From NCBI GenBank assembly GCA_002305475.1, contig DBRB01000003.1:111844-175843 (forward strand): 64,000 bases of DNA, in the 5' to 3' direction. This stretch comes from a candidate division WWE3 bacterium UBA1379. Its GTDB lineage: Bacteria > Patescibacteriota > WWE3 > UBA101185 > UBA10185. The position numbers and the translations under genes were made by a program. The notes under the pieces were generated by a model. The model was not told the origin of the DNA. It made no database searches and saw nothing but the letters and a program-made list of their open reading frames with translations. Below, one piece after another: positions 1-9,183 of this stretch; position 1 is the first letter of the stretch; the number at the start of each line of letters is the position of its first letter.

Positions 1-192
1 AAATTCCTCCCATTTATCGGGATCATGACCGAACCATTTTCGTAATTCAGTAGAGGGAGAGATATCTTTAAGCCATAAGTCTATATGAGCTTTTTCTTTA
101 GAAACTCCCCGTGGCCATAATCTATCAACAAGTATTCTATAACCATCTTCCTTATCGTATAGGTCATAGATTCTTTTAAGCATTATTTGCAT
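1..192 (-). CDS. DUF488/YeaO family protein (3'-truncated by window edge)
   Basis: Not in the ORF track. Manual translation [64 protein letters not shown] has the [11 protein letters not shown] and [10 protein letters not shown] motifs. Confidence 0.9.
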   Translation of the reverse strand, partial: MQIMLKRIYDLYDKEDGYRILVDRLWPRGVSKEKAHIDLWLKDISPSTELRKWFGHDPDKWEEF

Positions 193-246
193 GTGTATGT
201 GATAACAATTACGAGAAGGTTTGTCAAAAAAAAGTGCATGAATATT

Positions 247-1209
247 TTATTTTGATAATTGCTCAATGCTACTGGGTAAGGTTACATAGAAGTAATCATC
301 AGGACTATGAAAGATACCGATGACACCAAAGGGTTTTCCCCTATAGACTATCTCATCCTTTAGAACTTTAGCCGGGTCTTTTTCATCTAAAGTCAGTTTA
401 TGCACACTCCCTTCGTTGAAACTGCCAAAGTAGAAATCATTACCTACAAATGTGCATTGGGTGGGTGTGATAACGGGTGTATAAGTTTTAATAGGGTTGA
501 TATAACGATTATCCTTTGAAATTCCCATTACCTCAGGCCACCCGTAATTTCCCCCCTTTTCTATGATATTAATTTCGTCATTATTATCAGGACCTACATC
601 ACATATATAAAGCTTTTTTGTTTTCGGATGAAAGGCAAGTCCAAATGGGTTTCTGTGACCGTATGAGTACACAGGTGAGTTAGGATAGGGATTATCCTGT
701 GGGATACTTCCGTCAGAGTTTATCCGTAGAATCTTACCTCCTAGCCAGTTTATATCCTGAGCTTTAACTTTAATTTCATTCGGGATGCCAACTCCAATAT
801 AGAGGGTTTTATCTTCGGCAAAAGTAATAATACCGCCGTTATGGATCATGCCAGCCGGGATGTTATCTAGAATAATCTGTTCGTTACTTCCGTCATCCTT
901 TATTCTCACTACTCTGTTGTAAAAGTCTTTATTATTAGTCCCTGTCGTATAGTAGCAATAAATATATGAGTTAGACTCAAAATCCGGATCCAGAGCAATT
1001 CCTAACAGCCCTGTTTCATGATGTCCGATTAAAGGTACAATCGGAAAAGTTTTAATTAATCTATAATTTTCATGATCGATCTGCCATAAACGACCCGTAA
1101 TTCTTTCACTTAAGTAAACTCTATTATCTTGTGAAAATGCCAACGTTATAGGAAAGCCAAAATCTTCAATGGACTCGGGTAAAATCATAGAAGTATTATT
1201 GGCGCTCAT
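247..1209 (-). CDS. PQQ-dependent sugar dehydrogenase family (GSDH/YliI-like beta-propeller), no signal peptide
   Basis: GLLGIALDPDF, HNGG, GKILRI, YSYGHRNPFG and DEINIIEKGGNYGWP motifs. Confidence 0.85.
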   Translation of the reverse strand: MSANNTSMILPESIEDFGFPITLAFSQDNRVYLSERITGRLWQIDHENYRLIKTFPIVPLIGHHETGLLGIALDPDFESNSYIYCYYTTGTNNKDFYNRVVRIKDDGSNEQIILDNIPAGMIHNGGIITFAEDKTLYIGVGIPNEIKVKAQDINWLGGKILRINSDGSIPQDNPYPNSPVYSYGHRNPFGLAFHPKTKKLYICDVGPDNNDEINIIEKGGNYGWPEVMGISKDNRYINPIKTYTPVITPTQCTFVGNDFYFGSFNEGSVHKLTLDEKDPAKVLKDEIVYRGKPFGVIGIFHSPDDYFYVTLPSSIEQLSK

Positions 1210-1273
1210 GCAGATACAATAGTGGTTAATCTACAAAGATAGGTATTTTATTGCATAAAGGTATGTAAGAATA

Positions 1274-1361
1274 TGGTGGGCGAAGAGGGAGTCGAACCCT
1301 CACGAGCTTAGAAGCCCAGCAGATTTTAAGTCTGCCGCGTATACCATTCCGCCACTCGCCC
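1274..1361 (-). tRNA. tRNA-Leu (TAA)
   Basis: Reverse complement GGGCGAGTGGCGGAATGGTATACGCG-GCAGA-CTTAAAA-TCTGC, long variable arm, GGTTCGACTCC T-arm, encoded CCA. Confidence 0.95.
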
Positions 1362-1377
1362 AAAGTATAATAATATT

Positions 1378-1770
1378 TTAGCTTCGAATAATGTCTGCAA
1401 TTCTTGAAAGTTCTTCATCCGTAGCTCTATCCCCTACCCCTTCTACTTCAATCTGACCCTTGTACATCGGTAAAAGTTTAGCATGAAGGTGGTCAACGTC
1501 AACGCCTTCAAAAACCACTTTAGTCCTATAAATATTTTCCAGTTTATTGTCTAGAAGTTTTCCGACTTTCTGAACTGCTTCCATCAGTTTGCATGCCACA
1601 TCCGTATCTGTATCAACAATATAGCTTGAGTGATGTTCTTTAGGTATTACCAAAGTCATACCTTCAGCTGCCGGTTTAATATCCAGGAAAGCAATATGGT
1701 TTTCATCTTCCCAAATTTTATAACTAGGCGCTTCACCTCGAACTATTTTACAGAAAATGCAGTCTTCCAT
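1378..1770 (-). CDS. HIT family nucleotide hydrolase
   Basis: DCIFCKI N-terminus, AFLDIKP, LVIPKEH, variant triad HLHAK. Confidence 0.85.
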   Translation of the reverse strand: MEDCIFCKIVRGEAPSYKIWEDENHIAFLDIKPAAEGMTLVIPKEHHSSYIVDTDTDVACKLMEAVQKVGKLLDNKLENIYRTKVVFEGVDVDHLHAKLLPMYKGQIEVEGVGDRATDEELSRIADIIRS

Positions 1771-1819
1771 AGGATTTTCCTTTTATAGTCTCTCGAACGA
1801 AATACAATTTGGCTGTATT

Positions 1820-3121
1820 TTAACTTATAATAGTATGTTTGGTAAAGGATCTATTTCTATGAGAATGAATACTGATTACTTCATCCTCATCAACTGATTC
1901 AAGTTCTTTATTAGGCATTCTGATTTTTCTAGGTACTACTGTATAACTGGCTATGGATATAGATGCTAGAAATATTCCCACTGCGGCAAAAGACCCATGG
2001 CGACCCATTATTGATGCAAAATACCCGGATAATATTGGACCAAATATGTAGCCTATACTAGCTGAGGATTGTTCCAGGCCGATCATGTCATTACCAAACC
2101 CCTTCAATCTTGTGATGTATTCTTCATATGTGGCAAATAGGGCTGGTGCAGCAATTGCCCGAAAAGTTGCAGCTAGAATAACGAAAAACAGCATCATGTA
2201 AATACTGGTAGAGAAACTAACCAATATTAGGAATAATCCTGCTAAGGTTCCGCTGATAAATGCCGTTTTCTTTTTACCAAATTTCGGAGATATTCTTCCG
2301 GCCAGTAATCCCATAACCATATGGGGAAACATATATGCACTCATAAATGCAGCACCAAGAGCATTAGTATTTTTTATCTGTTCAGCAAAAACAATACCTA
2401 CTGTCCAGAAGAATGCATCTGTCATGACTAGTGCTACAGTAAATATCCATAACGGCCAGATATGTTTGAGAAGTATTTTCCAGATCTTTAGTTCGGCCTT
2501 AATTCCTGGTTTTACTATAGATGGTTTTTCTACCTTAACTTTTTCACATTTAAAAAGGAATGCTAAACCGCAGACACTAGCTAACAGAAAGATGGCAAGC
2601 GAGACCTCATAAGAAAGAATAATATTTATTGTTAATGCAAAAGTAGCTATTGCAGGACCGATTAAATACGCTAGAGACGAATTTGCAGATAGAATTCCCC
2701 AGACTTTAGAATAGTCAGCTTTATGGGTGTTTTCCTTAATGTAATTGAAAAGCGTAAATCCGATGGTTTCATAATAAATTCCCCATAGTGCTAGCCCTAT
2801 TACTGCTGTTACTACATGAGAAGGAAACACCATGTATACAATCGGTAGGACGATGGAAGCAAGCAATGTTATGTATAAGAAAAATCTGAAATTTTTTGTT
2901 CTAAATTTATCTCCTGCAAAAAAATCAAATATCAAACCGACTAATGAAGATAATGAAAAAATTATCCCCAAAAGAAATGCGTCATGGAGAATATTTTCCA
3001 GATACATGGGTGTGGCGTAAGAAATAATGGCATCCCCCAGTGAAATTAAGAAAATTACAACAATAAATGATGGTAAGGATTTGGATATTAGAAGTGGTGG
3101 GTTTCTTCTTGTCAATAACAT
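1820..3121 (-). CDS. MFS transporter
   Basis: About 12 hydrophobic segments; motif A-like GRISPKFGKK; GPILSG motif. Confidence 0.8.
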   Translation of the reverse strand: MLLTRRNPPLLISKSLPSFIVVIFLISLGDAIISYATPMYLENILHDAFLLGIIFSLSSLVGLIFDFFAGDKFRTKNFRFFLYITLLASIVLPIVYMVFPSHVVTAVIGLALWGIYYETIGFTLFNYIKENTHKADYSKVWGILSANSSLAYLIGPAIATFALTINIILSYEVSLAIFLLASVCGLAFLFKCEKVKVEKPSIVKPGIKAELKIWKILLKHIWPLWIFTVALVMTDAFFWTVGIVFAEQIKNTNALGAAFMSAYMFPHMVMGLLAGRISPKFGKKKTAFISGTLAGLFLILVSFSTSIYMMLFFVILAATFRAIAAPALFATYEEYITRLKGFGNDMIGLEQSSASIGYIFGPILSGYFASIMGRHGSFAAVGIFLASISIASYTVVPRKIRMPNKELESVDEDEVISIHSHRNRSFTKHTIIS

Positions 3122-3133
3122 GGCAGATACATA

Positions 3134-3209
3134 TGGAGCGGTGGACCGGATTCGAACCGGCGACCTTCTCCTTGGAAGGGAGACATTCTACCAACTGAAC
3201 TACCACCGC
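3134..3209 (-). tRNA. tRNA-Gly (TCC)
   Basis: GCGGTGGTAGTTCAGTTGGTAGAATG-TCTCC-CTTCCAA-GGAGA...GGTTCGAATCC...CCA; 76 nt. Confidence 0.95.
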
Positions 3210-3369
3210 ACTACCACTTAATTCTAACAGATTACCAACCTATTAGAATACGTCCTTTTTATAGGGATTAAATTTATCCCTTGCGTTCTTTGGACTTCGG
3301 GGACATTTTATATGATTTAAAGTAAAAAATATAGTCCTCTAATCAGTGAGTACCTTTGAAAGAATAGAA

Positions 3370-3404
3370 AGGGTATGCTTTACATTCCTGGACAAGTACA
3401 CCCT
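3370..3404 (-). terminator. Putative intrinsic terminator of 3457..3831
   Basis: Imperfect inverted repeat agggtatgctt / aagtacaccct with U-rich tail on the minus strand. Confidence 0.45.
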
Positions 3405-3456
3405 ATTTTATCTACCAGCATTCGGTTTCTCTGAGTGATTCCGGTATATTGAATCT

Positions 3457-3831
3457 TTAATCTGATACAAAGCTACTACGGACATAAAACTCGTAACCCT
3501 TTCCCATGTTAGCTTCAAAATTTTCTAATGCATCCTGGGTTCCGACATTTAATGCGTAGCTACCATCACTGTCGTCCAAAATAACAAAGAATTCATTTTC
3601 TCTTGGAACAGGGATAGGTATGTCCCCCACTTTGAGAGTCGGGTTCTTGACTTCCCAACCTGTTCCTCTGATTTCTCTTAATGCCGTCTCACCATTTTTT
3701 GTTGTGACACCGATACTTTTATACCACACAGCACCGTTTACTTTACCAGAAGATCTCGGTAAACAGGATGTTAAGACGGATGCAGAAAGAAGTGAGATTG
3801 CAATTAAGAGTATGCAAGACTTACTTAACAT
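3457..3831 (-). CDS. Hypothetical lipoprotein (ORFan)
   Basis: Hydrophobic signal with lipobox-like LTSC; SD AGGAGG upstream. Confidence 0.65.
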   Translation of the reverse strand: MLSKSCILLIAISLLSASVLTSCLPRSSGKVNGAVWYKSIGVTTKNGETALREIRGTGWEVKNPTLKVGDIPIPVPRENEFFVILDDSDGSYALNVGTQDALENFEANMGKGYEFYVRSSFVSD

Positions 3832-3945
3832 TTTGCTCCCTCCTATATTATTATTCTTTGGTTATTGGATAAATTGATTATACAATAATCCTTGTGATTT
3901 AGTAGAAAAGGTATATCAATATAATAAAAAAAGTGTAATTAATTA

Positions 3946-4022
3946 TGGCGCTCCCGGGGTGATTCGAACACCCGACCTCTTCCTTAGAAGGGAATTGCTC
4001 TATCCAGCTGAGCTACGGGAGC
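3946..4022 (-). tRNA. tRNA-Arg (TCT)
   Basis: GCTCCCGTAGCTCAGCTGGATAGAGCA...CTTCTAA anticodon loop...GTTCGAATC...GGGAGCGCCA; 77 nt. Confidence 0.95.
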
Positions 4023-4052
4023 AAAATGCTACAACCTAAATCAGACGCTATT

Positions 4053-4499
4053 TTACCTCAATTTTTTCAACAAGTCAGCCTTTTTGCGGCTGTATTCTTT
4101 TTTGGTCAGTTTTCCCCTATTCAGCAATTCGTTTAATCTACCCAGGGATCGTTCGTAATCCAATGATATACTGGAAACCTTTTCTTCCTCTCCTTTATGT
4201 TTGGAAGCAGAATATATTTTCTGATCAATTATTTTCTTTGCCTTAATTGCATCCTTTTTTCCGATAAATTTTACTGTTATATGTTCATGGGCATGTGTGA
4301 AGATATTTAGAGTGGCAAAGAACAACCCTCTCTCCAGATCTATTCTAACAATATGACTGTATGCCATTGTCACTTCCTTCAGCCGGAAAAATTTCCGTTT
4401 TCTATACACCAGCAAGTCATCATAAACATATAAGTAGGGAGGCCAGGGGGTATGGTTTAATTCCCGGTTCCCATGCAATACCATCAATAAAGTAGACAT
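4053..4499 (-). CDS. Bacterial PH-domain protein with C-terminal SHOCT-like domain
   Basis: I-x-R-I-D-L-E-R-G-L-F-F-A-T-L-x-I PH-like pattern; C-terminal LxRLNELLNRGKLTKKEYSRKKADLL. Confidence 0.65.
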   Translation of the reverse strand: MSTLLMVLHGNRELNHTPWPPYLYVYDDLLVYRKRKFFRLKEVTMAYSHIVRIDLERGLFFATLNIFTHAHEHITVKFIGKKDAIKAKKIIDQKIYSASKHKGEEEKVSSISLDYERSLGRLNELLNRGKLTKKEYSRKKADLLKKLR

Positions 4500-4547
4500 A
4501 GTACAGTCAGTTTACGCTCAAAAACGTATTTGTAAAAATTGACTAGT

Positions 4548-4817
4548 TTAGAACCAGTCGTCCCCGTTTTCTGCACTTTCCAGCTCTCTGTCTATGAGCC
4601 AGTTATCTATGTCATGCTTTTCTACTTTTTTTGGTTTTTGTGGTTTTGTGAGAAGTTGGGCAATTTCCTGTTCTTCAGGATCAAATTCTTCAGGTTTGAC
4701 TATTTCTACTTCGTCGTCAAGCTCCTCAAGATTTACATCAACTTTTTTATTTGATTTATTTTTTGAGTTTTTAACGGATTTAGTACCGTTTTTTGTTTCC
4801 TTATTAGGCATGATCAT
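4548..4817 (-). CDS. Hypothetical protein, basic N-terminus and acidic low-complexity C-terminus
   Basis: Plausible composition; same strand as neighbours. Confidence 0.55.
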   Translation of the reverse strand: MIMPNKETKNGTKSVKNSKNKSNKKVDVNLEELDDEVEIVKPEEFDPEEQEIAQLLTKPQKPKKVEKHDIDNWLIDRELESAENGDDWF

Positions 4818-4869
4818 TATTATGCATATCTGAGAAATGTTGTCTAGTAGTTAATGAGTTAAAAAAGTA

Positions 4870-4902
4870 GAACGGAGTAGGAATAACCCTTTTACTCCGT
4901 TC
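4870..4902 (-). terminator. Intrinsic terminator of 4913..5185
   Basis: Perfect 10-bp inverted repeat gaacggagta / tactccgttc flanked by A/T runs. Confidence 0.75.
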
Positions 4903-4912
4903 GTATACTTTA

Positions 4913-5185
4913 TTAGCACATCTTTAGATTTTGCTCAGTCTGTACATCTGTATATCCCTCTGTGGCTATAAGAATCAACTTTTTCCAATTTTGCACAATA
5001 AACGATGCCGTATCCTTCGCTGATGAAAACGTACGGGCAGTATCAATAGGACCAAACTCAATCGGGTCGTAAATATTCCCTTGGAGGTATTCACCACTAA
5101 CCATGTGACGTAATCTATACATTCTACTTTTATCAATTTCAATAATAACTGGGATTCTTTTAAAATTACTGGTAACCGTTGTCAC
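4913..5185 (-). CDS. Hypothetical protein (ORFan)
   Basis: GTG start preceded by SD AAAGGAG; terminator follows the stop. Confidence 0.6.
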   Translation of the reverse strand: MTTVTSNFKRIPVIIEIDKSRMYRLRHMVSGEYLQGNIYDPIEFGPIDTARTFSSAKDTASFIVQNWKKLILIATEGYTDVQTEQNLKMC

Positions 5186-5212
5186 GTTAAACTCCTTTCT
5201 TTTTGGAGAGGC

Positions 5213-5221
5213 TGATATAAT
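5213..5221 (+). promoter_or_regulatory. Extended -10 promoter (TGaTATAAT), likely leaderless trxB transcript
   Basis: TGA-TATAAT lies exactly 6 nt before ATG 5228; no SD. Confidence 0.65.
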
Positions 5222-5227
5222 AAGTAT

Positions 5228-6172
5228 ATGAATGATAACAAAATTTACGACACTTTAATAATCGGCGGAGGACCGGCTGGTTTAACCGCATCCATATATA
5301 CATCCAGAGCAATGTTATCCACGTTGGTTATTGCAGGACAACCTAGCGGAGGTCAGTTAACCTTAACCAGTGAGGTGGAAAACTACCCGGGATTTCCTAG
5401 GGGAATTATTGGACCGGAATTGATCAGTAATTTTAAAGATCAGGCTCAAAGATTTGGAGCAGTCATGGTAGAAGAAAATGCGGTGGAAATTTCTGGATCA
5501 TATGATGAATGTTTTACGGTGAAAACTGATGCTGGAAATATATATACAGGAAGAACTGTAATATTAGCTATGGGAGCATCCGCTAAATGGTTGGGTCTGG
5601 AAAGTGAACAAAGACTCCGAGGTAAGGGAGTGTCAGCTTGTGCCACTTGTGACGCATTTTTCTTCAAAGATAAAGTTGTGGCTATAGTAGGTGGTGGAGA
5701 TGCTGCCATGGAAGAAGCAACCTATCTAACAAAATTCGCAGGCAAAGTATATGTATTAGTCAGAGGTAGTCAGCAGGAGATGAAAGCTAGTAAGTTCATG
5801 CAGAACAAAGCACAAAATGAACCTAAAATTGAGTTTATGTTCAATACGGAAGTAACAGAAGTGTTGGGTCAGGATAAAGTACAGGGATTAAAGGTAAAGA
5901 ATAATCTGACCGGTGAAGAAAAAACATTGAATGATGTAGAGGGATTATTTATTGCGATCGGACATAAACCAAATACCGATTTCTTGGAAGGATTTGTTGA
6001 GCTTGGAAAGTTTGGATACATCCATGTCATGGAAAATACCAGAACTTCAAAAGAAGGAGTGTTTGTGGCAGGAGATGTATCGGATTTCAAATACCGACAG
6101 GCAGTTACAGCTGCAGGCTTGGGATGCATGGCCGCCATAGACGTTGAGAAGTTTTTAACCAAGAAAGAATAA
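5228..6172 (+). CDS. trxB: Thioredoxin-disulfide reductase
   Basis: GGGPAG FAD motif, CATC active site, GGGDAA NADPH motif, GVFVAGD. Confidence 0.97.
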   Translation: MNDNKIYDTLIIGGGPAGLTASIYTSRAMLSTLVIAGQPSGGQLTLTSEVENYPGFPRGIIGPELISNFKDQAQRFGAVMVEENAVEISGSYDECFTVKTDAGNIYTGRTVILAMGASAKWLGLESEQRLRGKGVSACATCDAFFFKDKVVAIVGGGDAAMEEATYLTKFAGKVYVLVRGSQQEMKASKFMQNKAQNEPKIEFMFNTEVTEVLGQDKVQGLKVKNNLTGEEKTLNDVEGLFIAIGHKPNTDFLEGFVELGKFGYIHVMENTRTSKEGVFVAGDVSDFKYRQAVTAAGLGCMAAIDVEKFLTKKE

Positions 6173-6179
6173 AAAGAAA

Positions 6180-6209
6180 AAACCAGCCTAAAATGTTCTA
6201 GGCTGGTTT
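6180..6209. terminator. Bidirectional intrinsic terminator between trxB and 6198..6497
   Basis: aaaccagccta / taggctggttt inverted repeat with A-run before and T-run after. Confidence 0.75.
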
Positions 6210-6497
6210 CTTTTGGCCCTTCTTCGGTTTATCAATAACCACTTCACCCATGAATATTCCACAGTATGGGCAAAAAAAGCACAATACTTTTTCACCATTT
6301 TTATTGATGACTTTGATATTTTTTGTCTTAGTTCCACACCTTCCGCAATACACAACTTTCTGATTGTTAGAAAGCGTGGGTGACGTGTCCTTTGGTCTTA
6401 GGTTCTTGTTGTGAAAACCATCGTTACATCTCTTGCACAATTCGTCATCTCCTGCTTTATTATGGCAAACACAAACGCCACACTTACAATATTCCAT
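6198..6497 (-). CDS. Cys-rich putative zinc-finger/zinc-ribbon protein (ORFan)
   Basis: CKCGVCVC, CKRC..H, CGRC and CPYC motifs; SD TAAGGAGG. Confidence 0.7.
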   Translation of the reverse strand: MEYCKCGVCVCHNKAGDDELCKRCNDGFHNKNLRPKDTSPTLSNNQKVVYCGRCGTKTKNIKVINKNGEKVLCFFCPYCGIFMGEVVIDKPKKGQKKPA

Positions 6498-6538
6498 GAC
6501 TTCCTCCTTATTTTATTCTATGTGACGAAACCTATAGT

Positions 6539-6567
6539 ATTATAAGTTATTTTACAGATTTCTTCAA
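6539..6567 (-). promoter_or_regulatory. Sigma70-type promoter for 6198..6497
   Basis: TTGAAG-N17-TATAAT on the minus strand. Confidence 0.6.
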
Positions 6568-6653
6568 GTTATTTAACTCTCCTCTAAACATAGTAAATGA
6601 AAAGTAGGATTTTATAAATACTATATTTTAGGAATTTTCAATTTGGGAAAAAA

Positions 6654-6677
6654 AGTCCATGGCAAAAGTCATGGACT
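6654..6677 (-). terminator. Intrinsic terminator of 6694..6948
   Basis: agtccatg / catggact inverted repeat preceded by an A-run (U-tail on minus). Confidence 0.7.
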
Positions 6678-6693
6678 ATATGGGTTGAGCATA

Positions 6694-6948
6694 TTATCTT
6701 AGTAAGATACCCTGATTGCTTAATTCATTAAATAATCTGTTAGTTGCTATCCATCCATTACCTTCTCTACAGACTAAGTCGAGATAAAGCAGGTTTTCTA
6801 ATTCAGCTTCCATATTGATATTTGTAATATCAATTCGTTCTTTATCAAAACTATCCGTAATCTCCTTAATACTTAAAGGTCTTGATTTTATTCTATGGTA
6901 CAGATAACTCAGTTGTTCCTCTGTAAGTTTTACGTCAACCCTTGGCAT
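6694..6948 (-). CDS. Hypothetical protein, possibly winged-helix-like (ORFan)
   Basis: SD AAGGAG; pattern LSIKEI...LENLLYLDLV...W.AT resembles a wHTH (inference). Confidence 0.6.
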   Translation of the reverse strand: MPRVDVKLTEEQLSYLYHRIKSRPLSIKEITDSFDKERIDITNINMEAELENLLYLDLVCREGNGWIATNRLFNELSNQGILLR

Positions 6949-6984
6949 GATTTTCTCCTTAACAACAGATTGTGATTTGATTAC

Positions 6985-7917
6985 CTATTTATATGCTCTC
7001 CTTCTTAGGAGTGTTCTGACAATGATGAAAACCAGAATAGCCGGAATCCAGATTATTGAGTATACCCCTATCCAGATGAATGCATTTCCCACTCCTCTTA
7101 GTGTTCCGAGTAGGGCTCTTACAGCTTGTTTAAACACAACTTCAGGTCTCCAAGCTTTGTCAGGAGCATAAGGCAGTGATAATTCATCCGTAGACAGATT
7201 CATTGTCACCAGTGATGTGGAAGAGATTCCGTCCATGTACTGAAGCTGTCCTTTTAATGAATCTATTTGTGATTGGATATCAAAAATCTGTTTCTGCACT
7301 CTTAGCATTTCATCAGATGTATTAGCGCTGGTCATAATAGACATAAACTGGGTTTTCAGCTCGTTTAGTACTTCCAGTCTGGCTTCTGCATCCATATACT
7401 GGTCTGTGATGTCTCTTCCGTATGTATTTTCATAGACGACTTTTACGGATTTTGAGCGGGCAAATTGCATAAAGTTTTCCAGTTCACTGGTAGGAATTCT
7501 TACGGATATATGTCCGGTTGCTCCTTCTTCTGGTCTGGAGATTGAAGAATTAACAACGTATCCTTTTTTTACTGATGTCTCATTTTTTATTTCATCCATG
7601 GTACTTTTTACATCCTTAACCAGAAGGGACATATTGGCATCCGTGGCGGTTTTTCTATCTATTGCATCCGGATGAGGGATATTTTGTGGTATAGGCACGG
7701 GCATGTCACTACCGGTATCAGATAAACGTTTTGCAGATGGGCTAAATCCCATTTCTCCGGATATACCCTCGGATGGTACGTATGAAACTACATCCGATGA
7801 ATATTTATTAGCGGATATACTAGAAGTTAAGTTATTGAAATAAGGGAATAATGCAATTAAACCAATAAATAGTAATAGTGCATTCTTTTTTATAAAAGAG
7901 ATTAGTCTTTCCAACAT
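6985..7917 (-). CDS. DUF4349 domain membrane-anchored protein
   Basis: GYVVNS, SVRIP, DITDQYMDAEARL, IDSLKGQLQY motifs; C-terminal TM. Confidence 0.8.
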   Translation of the reverse strand: MLERLISFIKKNALLLFIGLIALFPYFNNLTSSISANKYSSDVVSYVPSEGISGEMGFSPSAKRLSDTGSDMPVPIPQNIPHPDAIDRKTATDANMSLLVKDVKSTMDEIKNETSVKKGYVVNSSISRPEEGATGHISVRIPTSELENFMQFARSKSVKVVYENTYGRDITDQYMDAEARLEVLNELKTQFMSIMTSANTSDEMLRVQKQIFDIQSQIDSLKGQLQYMDGISSTSLVTMNLSTDELSLPYAPDKAWRPEVVFKQAVRALLGTLRGVGNAFIWIGVYSIIWIPAILVFIIVRTLLRRRAYK

Positions 7918-7974
7918 CTAGATAAATTCTATGCCCATGGATTAGTTTGAGTCAACAAGTTTAAGAAATTATTT

Positions 7975-8487
7975 TTATATTTTTTCTATGGTTGTAACCT
8001 GGGAATTAGGGATGATGATGATTCTATCGTTTTCCCCTTTTATAACGGTGGTTCTCAGATTCATTTCAATTACCGTACCCTCAATTCCGGCAATTTTCAC
8101 TTTATCTCCTACATTGTATTGATTTTCAAAAAGGACAAAGAATCCGGTTACGATATCTTTAACAAGAGCCTGTGACCCAAATCCTACTGCTAGTCCGATT
8201 ATTCCTGCACCTGTAATGATGGGAGCAATATTAATTCCCCACTCGGACATAATCATAATAGCTGCCGTACCTACTATTAAAACGTTCACAATATTGTTGA
8301 ATAAGCTGCCCAAAGTCTGTGCTCTTTTTTCTATACTGCTAACTGAATCGGGATTATTATCCTGAAACCTTTTAACAAAGGTATTAATTAAAATTCCTGC
8401 AAATATCTTTGCCAGGAATGCTATTCCGATAATAATTAACGTAATTATTATGCTTTTAGTTGCTTGCATTGTAGAGTTGATCCACAT
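7975..8487 (-). CDS. mscS: Small-conductance mechanosensitive channel (short MscS family)
   Basis: GIIGLAVGFGSQALVKDIVTG, VGDKV, NLRTT, IPNS motifs; the start may be ATG 8469. Confidence 0.85.
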   Translation of the reverse strand: MWINSTMQATKSIIITLIIIGIAFLAKIFAGILINTFVKRFQDNNPDSVSSIEKRAQTLGSLFNNIVNVLIVGTAAIMIMSEWGINIAPIITGAGIIGLAVGFGSQALVKDIVTGFFVLFENQYNVGDKVKIAGIEGTVIEMNLRTTVIKGENDRIIIIPNSQVTTIEKI

Positions 8488-9064
8488 ATTCCCAGTTTAC
8501 TACATTCCACCAGTTTTCGATATATTCCTGTCTGCGGTTATGATATTTCAGATAATAGGCATGCTCCCAAACGTCCAGACCCAGGACAGGTTTTTTACCT
8601 TCTGATATTGGGCTGTCCTGATTAGCAGTGGACATTATTTCCAGTTGTTTATTTTCATTTATTGCTAACCATGCCCACCCGCTCCCAAATCTATTAAGTG
8701 CTGCCTGGCTGAATTGCTGTTTGAAATTATCGAATGAACCGAATGTATTTTCTATAGCTGTTTTAATATCTTTGATGGGTTCTTTTGTACTCTCCGGTGA
8801 CATTACTTCCCAGAATAATGCATGATTGACATATCCCCCGCCGTTGTTGCGTACTGCAGTTCTGATTTCTTCTGGAACCAGATTTAAATCGATTAATAGT
8901 TCTTCTACATATTTTGTCTGCAGATCCGGATATTTCTCCAGTGCCTTATTTAAATTATCCAGATATGCCTGATGATGTTTCGAATAATGGATTTCCATAG
9001 TCTGCGCATCTATGTAAGGTTCAATAGCACTAAATGAGTATTTTAAAGTTGGCAATGCAAACAT
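8456..9064 (-). CDS. sodA: Superoxide dismutase, Mn-type likely
   Basis: HHQAY, NNGGG..NHALFW, FGSGWAWL, DVWEHAYY; start moved to ATG 9064 with SD AGGAGG. Confidence 0.95.
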   Translation of the reverse strand: MFALPTLKYSFSAIEPYIDAQTMEIHYSKHHQAYLDNLNKALEKYPDLQTKYVEELLIDLNLVPEEIRTAVRNNGGGYVNHALFWEVMSPESTKEPIKDIKTAIENTFGSFDNFKQQFSQAALNRFGSGWAWLAINENKQLEIMSTANQDSPISEGKKPVLGLDVWEHAYYLKYHNRRQEYIENWWNVVNWEYVDQLYNASN

Positions 9065-9183
9065 TTTTCCTCCTAATAAATATTTATGTATGTCTATATG
9101 AAACACTATCATAGAAGCGGATAGTATTTCAAGACGCAGGTATATGTATGATACATTTAGATGAGTAGGTTGTTAGATCTGAT

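Noticed and set aside
2982-3221. ORFs 2982..3206 (-) and 3027..3221 (+)
   Set aside because: They overlap tRNA-Gly and the MFS gene; translation artefacts.
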